Source: an uncultured delta proteobacterium
GTDB lineage: Bacteria > Desulfobacterota > Binatia > DP-6
Reading direction: 5' to 3'
Assembly (NCBI GenBank): GCA_963815115.1
Contig: CAWFFN010000008.1
Span: forward strand, 544,001-608,000
Length of the DNA: 64,000 nucleotides
Part shown: positions 57,640 through 64,000 of the stretch, in pieces
Layout: the number at the start of each line of letters is the position of its first letter
Position numbering within the stretch: position 1 is the first letter of the stretch
Translations under genes and position numbers: made by a program
The notes under the pieces: model-generated
The model's database searches: none
Told to the model about the DNA's origin: nothing
What the model saw: the letters and a program-made list of their open reading frames with translations, nothing else

Positions 57640-58421
57640 CACAGCAGGACGAGACCGAGGACGGCGAGCCCGAGGAAGGGGAGCACGCCGAGCCCGAGCT
57701 CCCGCTGCCCCGTCGCCGTCGCCAGCCCGGCCCAGGCCGGCACCCAGCGGTGCGCGGCGATGAGCTGGCCGGCGGTGAACCCGCCCACCGTTCCGGCCAC
57801 GAGGAGCGCGAGCGCGACGGCACGGCGGCCCACGGACCGGCGCGGCCGGGGCCCGAGCAGGTTCCGGTAGAGGAGATGCGCGCTGTCGATGCGCGGGTAG
57901 AGCAGCCGGAGCAGCAGGGGTGCGAGTCCGATCCCGGCGATGAGGTTGTTCGCCAGCACCGACGAGCCGATGACGGTGAAGGGGTGGAAGCCGAGCACGC
58001 CGAGGCCGAACCCGACGACCGTCGCGCACAGCATGCCGGCGAGCCCGACCACTGCAACGAAGAGCATCCACCAGCCGAGGCGCGGCGCCGGCACCGGCCG
58101 GCTGCCGGTCACCGACTCCCAGACGGCGTAGGGCACGAGCCCGAAGGCGAGGTTGCCGACGAAGCCGAAGAGGTCGCCGGGACCGAGGCCACCGAAGAAA
58201 TCGCCGATCAGGTTGCCGAAGGCCGCGCCCCAGGCTCCGGCCGGTCCGAACAGGAACGAGCACACGATGGGCAGCGCGTTGGCCGGCCGCAGCTCGGTCA
58301 CGCCGGGGATGATCGGCGCCACCTTGAACGGGATCAGGATGCCGCCGTAGAGCGCGGCGCAGATGGCCGTCAGCACGACCATGCGCGTGTTGCGCCACAT
58401 ACCGAAGAGCTCGCCCGCCAC
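57639..58421 (-). CDS. ECF S component (QueT-like family)
   Basis: Hydrophobic; ELRPANALP and GAAFGNLIGD motifs; upstream of A/T genes. Confidence 0.75.
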   Translation of the reverse strand: MAGELFGMWRNTRMVVLTAICAALYGGILIPFKVAPIIPGVTELRPANALPIVCSFLFGPAGAWGAAFGNLIGDFFGGLGPGDLFGFVGNLAFGLVPYAVWESVTGSRPVPAPRLGWWMLFVAVVGLAGMLCATVVGFGLGVLGFHPFTVIGSSVLANNLIAGIGLAPLLLRLLYPRIDSAHLLYRNLLGPRPRRSVGRRAVALALLVAGTVGGFTAGQLIAAHRWVPAWAGLATATGQRELGLGVLPFLGLAVLGLVLL

Positions 58422-58503
58422 CCCGCGCCGCACTTGCCAGGCCGGAGCGGGCGCTTCAACCCCGCCGCGTTGACTGGCGCCCGACCTTCCTCTAACGGGA
58501 GGC

Positions 58504-59373
58504 ATGCGTCGCGCATGCCTCGCGCTCTGCGTGGCCGCGATCTGCGCGGCCTGCTCCGGGAAGAAGCCCCTCGTGCCCGCCGATCAGCTGTGGGCACAGG
58601 GCAACGAGGCCATGCAGGACGAGGCGTACGACGTCGCCGTCCAGAACTACAAGCGGCTCCTCGACAGCTATCCCTTCGATCCCAACACCGAGGAAGCGGA
58701 GCTCAAGATCGCGGAGGCGTACTTCAACGCCCAGCGCTACCCGGAGGCCATCGCCTCGTTCGGCGACTTCGAGCGCATGCACCCGACGAGCGACAACCTG
58801 CCCCAGATCGAGTACCGCCGCGGCATGGCGTACCTCGCCCAGCACCGCTCGAGCGATCGCGACCAGCAGGCGATCAAGAACGCGCTCGAGTCGTTCCGCA
58901 ACATCGTCGAGCGCTACCCCGGCACACCGTGGGCGGCGCGCGCCGGGCTGCGGGTCCGCGAGTGTCGCGAGGATCTGGCCGAGCACGACGCCGACATCGC
59001 GGCGTTCTACCTGCACCGCGGCAGCCTGCGCGCCGCCGAGTCTCGCCTGCGCGGGATGCTGACGGACTACCCGGATACCGAGGCCACGGCCCGCGCCCTC
59101 GACACGTTCGCCAAGCTGTACGCCTCGCGCGACGAGCCGGAGGAGGCCAACCTCGCCCTCGCCACGCTCGCGCGCTATCACCCCGAGAGCCCGCTCGGCG
59201 TCGACGCCCGCCAGCAGCTCGGCGCGCTCGACCCGGCGCAGGGCCAGGACCCCCTGCCCGTGCTCGTCGCGCGGATCGACGAGATGCGTACGCAGGCGGA
59301 CCGCGAGAGGGTCCCGAAGACCGTGTCGGCGTACTCCGATCGCCCTGGCATGCCGGGCGGCGCCCGCTACTGA
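58504..59373 (+). CDS. bamD: outer-membrane assembly lipoprotein BamD
   Basis: Lipobox AAC; YPF, HP.S and RDQ motifs; TPR pattern. Confidence 0.88.
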   Translation: MRRACLALCVAAICAACSGKKPLVPADQLWAQGNEAMQDEAYDVAVQNYKRLLDSYPFDPNTEEAELKIAEAYFNAQRYPEAIASFGDFERMHPTSDNLPQIEYRRGMAYLAQHRSSDRDQQAIKNALESFRNIVERYPGTPWAARAGLRVRECREDLAEHDADIAAFYLHRGSLRAAESRLRGMLTDYPDTEATARALDTFAKLYASRDEPEEANLALATLARYHPESPLGVDARQQLGALDPAQGQDPLPVLVARIDEMRTQADRERVPKTVSAYSDRPGMPGGARY

Positions 59374-59407
59374 GCGGGCCAGCGCCGCGTGGCCGGCGTG
59401 TCGCGGT

Positions 59408-59437
59408 TTGACACGCCTTCGCGATCCGAGATACCAC
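59408..59437 (+). promoter_or_regulatory. putative sigma70 promoter upstream of SAM riboswitch
   Basis: TTGACA at 59408 with weak -10 (TACCAC, 18-nt spacer). Confidence 0.45.
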
Positions 59438-59462
59438 CCTGCGTAGAGAAGAGACGACAAAC

Positions 59463-59580
59463 CCCATCCAGAGTGGCGGAGGGTCCGGCCCAGCGAAGCC
59501 ACAGCAACCGGCCCGTGCGGGGCGCGGTGCTAATTCCGACGCGAGGTTTGGCTGGTGAGAGCCGCCCGCGAAAGATGAGG
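59463..59580 (+). ncRNA. SAM-I riboswitch
   Basis: ATCCAGAG-TGGCGGAGGG...GGCCC..GAAGCC.CAGCAACC...GGTGCTAATTCC...GAAAGATGAG S-box consensus; downstream hairpin at ~59601-59623. Confidence 0.92.
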
Positions 59581-59637
59581 ATCGCACGCTGGTGAGAGCC
59601 CTCCCCCTACCGTCGGTGGGGGAAGAGATCACCGAGC

Positions 59638-60384
59638 ATGCGCCCCAGCCGATCGACACGCCCTGACCTCGAGGATGCTCGCGTTCTGGTCGTCGGCGTC
59701 GGAGGACTGGGATCGCCGGCCGCGATGGCGCTCGCCGAGGCGGGCGTGGGTACCGTCGGCCTGGTCGACCCGGATCGGGTGGAGCCGTCGAATCTCCACC
59801 GCCAGCCGCTCTACACCGATGCCGACGTCGGGCTGCCCAAGGTGGACGCGGCCGCCGCCCGGCTCCGCGCCGGTCATCCGCGCCTCCGGGTCGAGACCGC
59901 GGCCGTGCGCTTCGGTGCCGGCTCGAGCTCCCTGCTCGCTGGCTTCGACGTCGTCCTCGACGGCACCGATTCCATCGGCGCCAAGTTCGACGTCAACGAC
60001 GCGGCGATTGCCGCGCGCGTTCCGCTCGTCCACGCCGGCGCCATCGGCTGGCAGGCGCAGCTGCTCACCGTCCTGCCGGGCCGCAGCGCCTGCTATCGCT
60101 GTCTCTTCGAGGAGCCCCCGCCAGCGGACGAGGTGCCGTCGTGTCAGGAGGCCGGCGTCCTCGGTCCCGCCGTGGTGTTCGCCGGCAGCGTGCAGGCCGC
60201 GGAGGCGATCCGCCTGCTCACGGGGGCGGCGCCGGCGTTCGCGGACCGGCTGCTCGCCATCGATACCCGCACCGGAAGCTGGCGGCGCATCGCGGTGACC
60301 CGCCGTCTCGACTGCCCCGCCTGTGGGACCGTGCATCAGGAGACCATCGCGCCCAGGAGCGCGCAAAGGAGTGTAGCGAGATGA
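59638..60384 (+). CDS. ThiF/MoeB-family E1-like adenylyltransferase lacking the N-terminal RYSRQ helix
   Basis: GVGGLG, SNLHRQ, CYRC, SCQEAG and CPAC motifs; in-frame stop at 59593 rules out a long N-terminal extension. Confidence 0.9.
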   Translation: MRPSRSTRPDLEDARVLVVGVGGLGSPAAMALAEAGVGTVGLVDPDRVEPSNLHRQPLYTDADVGLPKVDAAAARLRAGHPRLRVETAAVRFGAGSSSLLAGFDVVLDGTDSIGAKFDVNDAAIAARVPLVHAGAIGWQAQLLTVLPGRSACYRCLFEEPPPADEVPSCQEAGVLGPAVVFAGSVQAAEAIRLLTGAAPAFADRLLAIDTRTGSWRRIAVTRRLDCPACGTVHQETIAPRSAQRSVAR

Positions 60385-61634
60385 GCCACGCAAAAGGGCT
60401 CAGATGCCGCGAGTGCGGCGCCGAAACCCCCATCGCCCCCCTGCACGTCTGCGAGACCTGCTTCGGCCCGCTCGAGGTGCAGTACGACTACGACGCGATC
60501 CGGCGCGTGCTCACGCGCGAAGCCATCGAGCGCCGGCCGCGCAACCTGTGGCGCTATCGCGAGCTGCTCCCGATCGAGGGCGAGCCGCAGATCGGGCTGC
60601 ACTCGGGCTTCACCCCGCTCGTCCGGGCCGAGCGCCTCGCCGCCGTGCTGGGCGTGAAGGAGCTCTGGGTCAAGGACGACTCGGTCAACCACCCCACCTT
60701 CTCGTACAAGGACCGGGTGGTCTCGGTCGCCATCTCGAAGGCCATCGAGTTCGGCTTCGACACGGTGTCCTGCGCCTCCACCGGCAATCTCGCCAACTCC
60801 GTCTCCGCGCACGCCGCGCGTGCGGGACTCAACTGCTTCATCTTCATCCCGGACGACCTCGAGCAGGGCAAGGTGATCGGCTCGACCATCTACGGCCCCC
60901 GCGCCATCGCGATCCGGGGCAACTACGACGACGTCAATCGGCTGTGCAGCGAGATCGCCGACAAGTACGGCTGGGCCTTCGTCAACATCAACGTGCGCCC
61001 GTACTACACGGAGGGCGCGAAGACCTACGGCTTCGAGGTCGCCGAGCAGCTCGGCTGGCGCCTGCCGCAGCACATCGTCGTGCCGGTCGCCGGGGGAACG
61101 ATCCTGCCCAAGGTGGCGAAGGCGTTCCGCGAGCTCCGCGACCTGGGCCTGGTCGACGGCGATTTCAAGATCTACGGCGCGCAGGCGGCGGGGTGCGCTC
61201 CGGTCGTCCAGGCGCTCCACAAGCACACCGACCTGATCAGTCCCGTCAAGCCGGCGACCATCGCCAAGTCGATCGCCATCGGCAACCCGGCCGACGGCTA
61301 CTACGTGCTGAAGGCGGTGCGCGAATCGGGAGGCTGGGGCGAGTCGGTCACCGACGCGGAGATCGTCGAGGCCATCCAGCTCCTGGCGCGGACCGAGGGC
61401 ATCTTCACGGAGCCGGCGGGCGGCACCACCGTGGCCGTCACCCGCAAGCTCATCGCGCAGGGCCGCATCCCGCGCGACGAGTCGATCGTGATCTGCGTGA
61501 CCGGCAACGGCTACAAGACGCTCGAGGCCGTGATCGACAGCGTCGAGCAGCCCTCGCGCATCCCGGCGCGGCTCGCCGATTTCGACGCCCTCTACGCCCA
61601 GCTCCGCGGCGGGCTCGAGGCGTCCGCGGGCTAG
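60381..61634 (+). CDS. threonine synthase-like PLP enzyme (possible O-phosphohomoserine sulfhydrylase)
   Basis: CREC...CETC, TFSYKDR (PLP Lys), CASTGNLA and EPAGG motifs. Confidence 0.88.
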   Translation: MSHAKGLRCRECGAETPIAPLHVCETCFGPLEVQYDYDAIRRVLTREAIERRPRNLWRYRELLPIEGEPQIGLHSGFTPLVRAERLAAVLGVKELWVKDDSVNHPTFSYKDRVVSVAISKAIEFGFDTVSCASTGNLANSVSAHAARAGLNCFIFIPDDLEQGKVIGSTIYGPRAIAIRGNYDDVNRLCSEIADKYGWAFVNINVRPYYTEGAKTYGFEVAEQLGWRLPQHIVVPVAGGTILPKVAKAFRELRDLGLVDGDFKIYGAQAAGCAPVVQALHKHTDLISPVKPATIAKSIAIGNPADGYYVLKAVRESGGWGESVTDAEIVEAIQLLARTEGIFTEPAGGTTVAVTRKLIAQGRIPRDESIVICVTGNGYKTLEAVIDSVEQPSRIPARLADFDALYAQLRGGLEASAG

Positions 61635-61687
61635 CGCCGACGCCCCCCGCGCCGGTACAACCAGCAGTCGACAGGAGGAACGAACGC

Positions 61688-61963
61688 ATGACCCAGGTGA
61701 GAGTGCCCACGCCCCTGCGCAAGTTCACGGGCGGCTCCGAGGCCGTCGAGGCAGACGGCACGAACGTGACCTCGGTCCTTGCCGATCTCGATCGGCGCTA
61801 TCCCGGCATCCGGGAACGCATCTGCGACGAATCCGGCCAGGTGCGCCGCTTCGTCAACATCTTCGTCAACGGTGAGGACATCCGCTTCCTCCAGCACCTC
61901 GAGACCCCGGTGAAGGCAGGCGACGAGCTGTCGATCGTCCCGGCCATCGCGGGAGGCCGCTAG
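61688..61963 (+). CDS. MoaD/ThiS/CysO-like sulfur carrier ending GG-R
   Basis: VPTPLR, FVNIFVNGEDIR and PAIAGGR motifs; AGGAGG RBS. Confidence 0.93.
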   Translation: MTQVRVPTPLRKFTGGSEAVEADGTNVTSVLADLDRRYPGIRERICDESGQVRRFVNIFVNGEDIRFLQHLETPVKAGDELSIVPAIAGGR

Positions 61964-61975
61964 AGCGGAGCGTGC

Positions 61976-62959
61976 ATGGCGTCGCGCGTCGCCCAGGCGG
62001 GTTGCTCCGCCGGTCCGACGGCGCCGGGGGAGGGACCGCTCGTCTCGCCCTCGGTGCTCGAGCTGATCGGCAACACGCCGCTGGTGGAGATCCAGCGGGT
62101 GCGCGAAGGAGTCCCGCCCGGCGTCCGCCTGTTCGGCAAGATCGAGGGCTTCAACCCTGGCGGCTCGGTGAAGGACCGGCCCGCGCTCAGGATGATCCAG
62201 GAAGGCATCCGCCAGGGCAGGCTCGTGCCGGGCAAGACCATCCTCGACTCGACGTCGGGCAACACCGGCATCGCGCTCGCCATGATCGGCGCCGCGCTCG
62301 GCTACCCGGTCGAGCTGGTGATGCCGGCCAACGTGAGCCGCGAGCGCAAGCAGATGGTGGCGGCGTTCGGCGCCCGGGTCGTGTTCAGCGATCCGCTCGA
62401 GGGCAGCGACGGCGCCATCCGCCTCTGCCGCGAGGTGCTCGCGGCCGATCCCGAGCGCTACTTCAAGCCCGACCAGTACAACAACGAAGCCAACCCGCTC
62501 GCCCACTACGAGACCACGGGACCGGAGATCTGGCGCCAGACCGACGGCCGGGTGACGCACTTCGTGGCCGGCATCGGCACGGGCGGCACGATCATGGGCA
62601 CGGGTCGCTTCCTGAAGGAGCAGAATCCGGCCGTCCAGGTGATCGCGGCGGAGCCGGAGGACGCGTTTCACGGCCTCGAGGGGCTCAAGCACATGGAGAC
62701 CTCGATCGTGCCGGGCATCTACCACGAAGCCGAGCTCGACCTGAAGCTCGGCGTCGGCACCGACGAGGCATACGACATGGTGTACCGCCTCGGGCGCGAG
62801 GAGGCGCTGCTCGTCGGCCAGTCGTGCGGCGCCGCCCACGTCGCCGCGTTGCGGGTGGCGCGCACGCTCGACGAGGGCACGATCGTCGTGCTCTTCGCCG
62901 ACTTCGGGGACCGCTACCTCTCGACCAACCTCTGGCTCGGCTGGCAGCGCCAGGGATGA
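61976..62959 (+). CDS. cysteine synthase family PLP enzyme (CysM-like)
   Basis: IGNTPL, NPGGSVKDR, TSGNTG and GTGGT motifs. Confidence 0.92.
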   Translation: MASRVAQAGCSAGPTAPGEGPLVSPSVLELIGNTPLVEIQRVREGVPPGVRLFGKIEGFNPGGSVKDRPALRMIQEGIRQGRLVPGKTILDSTSGNTGIALAMIGAALGYPVELVMPANVSRERKQMVAAFGARVVFSDPLEGSDGAIRLCREVLAADPERYFKPDQYNNEANPLAHYETTGPEIWRQTDGRVTHFVAGIGTGGTIMGTGRFLKEQNPAVQVIAAEPEDAFHGLEGLKHMETSIVPGIYHEAELDLKLGVGTDEAYDMVYRLGREEALLVGQSCGAAHVAALRVARTLDEGTIVVLFADFGDRYLSTNLWLGWQRQG

Positions 62960-63240
62960 GCCGCGGCGGCAGCACATCGTCGCGCCGCAAGGCGGGCACC
63001 AAGGCGCGGGTGAAGCTCTACCTCACCTACCCGAGCCGTCTGGTGCGCGAGCCCCTCATCTACCACCTGAGCCGCAACTTCGACCTGATCTTCAACATCC
63101 GGCAGGCGAGCGTGAACGAGGACATCGGCATCATCGCCATCGAGCTCGACGGCGCCGACGAGGCGATCGAGCGCGGCATCGCATGGCTCCGCGAGCGCGG
63201 CGTCACCGTCGAGCCGATCGAGAAGAACGTCATCGAGTGA
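62956..63240 (+). CDS. stand-alone NIL-domain protein
   Basis: LTYP...EPLIYHL...FNIRQA...ELDG...GVTVEPIE pattern. Confidence 0.85.
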   Translation: MSRGGSTSSRRKAGTKARVKLYLTYPSRLVREPLIYHLSRNFDLIFNIRQASVNEDIGIIAIELDGADEAIERGIAWLRERGVTVEPIEKNVIE

Positions 63241-63800
63241 TGCTGAGCGACGCGGACATCGAGCGCTGGAGCCGCCAGATCATCCTCCCGGAGGTCGGCG
63301 GCCGAGGGCAGCGCAGGCTGATGACGGCACGCGTGTCGGTCGTGGGCGACGGGCCGGTCGCCGCCTGCGCGACCGATCTGCTCGCGCGCGCGGGGGTCAC
63401 CGCCGAGCGCTCCTCCGGGCAGCTCGACGACGCCGAGCTCGTGGTCGATCTCGGCCCGGGGAAGAGCGCCGGCACCGCCCTCGCCCGGCGCGCGCTCGAG
63501 CGCGGCGTGCCGCTGGTTCGCGGCCGATGCTGGAGCGCCGGCGGTACGGTGGACACGCTGGTCGGCCGGCCCTGCGGCCTCTGCCTGTCCGGGGCGGCGC
63601 TCCCGTCCGGCCCGACCGGCGAGGCCCTGGCGGCGCCGGCGGCACAGGCGGTGGCCGCGCTCGTCGCGACCGAGGTCCTGCGCGTGCTCCTGATCGGAGC
63701 GCCTGTCGGCCGGCGACAGCTGGTCGATCTCGACGGCGGCCGCTTCTCGTGCGAGGCGCTCGACTCGGCCGGCTGTGCCAGCTGCGGAGCGCGGGCGTGA
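63240..63800 (+). CDS. degenerate ThiF/MoeB-like protein (keeps N-terminal RWSRQ helix and Zn CxxC pairs, lacks ATP-binding motifs)
   Basis: MLSDADIERWSRQIILPEVGGRGQRRL; GDGPVA instead of GxGGxG; no SNLxRQ; CGLC and CASC. Confidence 0.8.
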   Translation: MLSDADIERWSRQIILPEVGGRGQRRLMTARVSVVGDGPVAACATDLLARAGVTAERSSGQLDDAELVVDLGPGKSAGTALARRALERGVPLVRGRCWSAGGTVDTLVGRPCGLCLSGAALPSGPTGEALAAPAAQAVAALVATEVLRVLLIGAPVGRRQLVDLDGGRFSCEALDSAGCASCGARA

Positions 63801-64000
63801 CCGGCGGCGAGCGGCTCGAGGCGAAGCTCGACATCGCGGCCCGTGGTGTGCGCATCGACGAAAGCGCGCGTGGGCTCGCCCCGGAATCGGAGCCGCTGCC
63901 GCAGGCCCTCGAGCTCGTCATCGACGACGAGGCGCACGTCAGCGCGCCGGTCGACGCGGCCGGCACGGCGCCCGCCGCCCTGCTGCTGATCGGAGACGCG
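63797..64000 (+). CDS. 3'-partial CDS, possibly the N-terminus of a radical-SAM protein
   Basis: GTGA overlap; open to window end (MTGGERLEAKLDIAARGVRID...); family guess is weak. Confidence 0.45.
   Translation, partial: MTGGERLEAKLDIAARGVRIDESARGLAPESEPLPQALELVIDDEAHVSAPVDAAGTAPAALLLIGDA

Overview
High-GC bacterial chromosomal window. Gene content suggests a deltaproteobacteria-like lineage such as Binatia or a myxobacterial relative (inference). Core blocks: glutaredoxin-plsX-HAD phosphatase-cutA-NUDIX-MBL (minus strand); rplU-rpmA, separated from obgE-proB-proA-nadD-rsfS by a ~14 kb accessory island; a lapB-like gene; a complete alternative complex III (actABCDEF + actG-like) with SCO and an A2-type caa3 oxidase; several secreted hydrolases; an ECF transporter; fabF with an ArsA-like pair; bamD; and a SAM-I riboswitch-led sulfur-carrier operon. 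Most interesting signals: (1) two complementary ThiF/MoeB proteins in the SAM operon that look like a heterodimeric E1 with one active and one inactive adenylation subunit; (2) three copies of a ~260-290 bp four-hairpin intergenic repeat with fixed spacing and a compensatory base change; (3) a DyP carrying an encapsulin cargo peptide with no adjacent encapsulin; (4) a bacterial Cys-rich thaumatin-like protein. Several single-base frameshifts (obgE, proB, lapB-like, methyltransferase) are probably assembly errors. All calls come from motif recognition by eye; no database searches were run.
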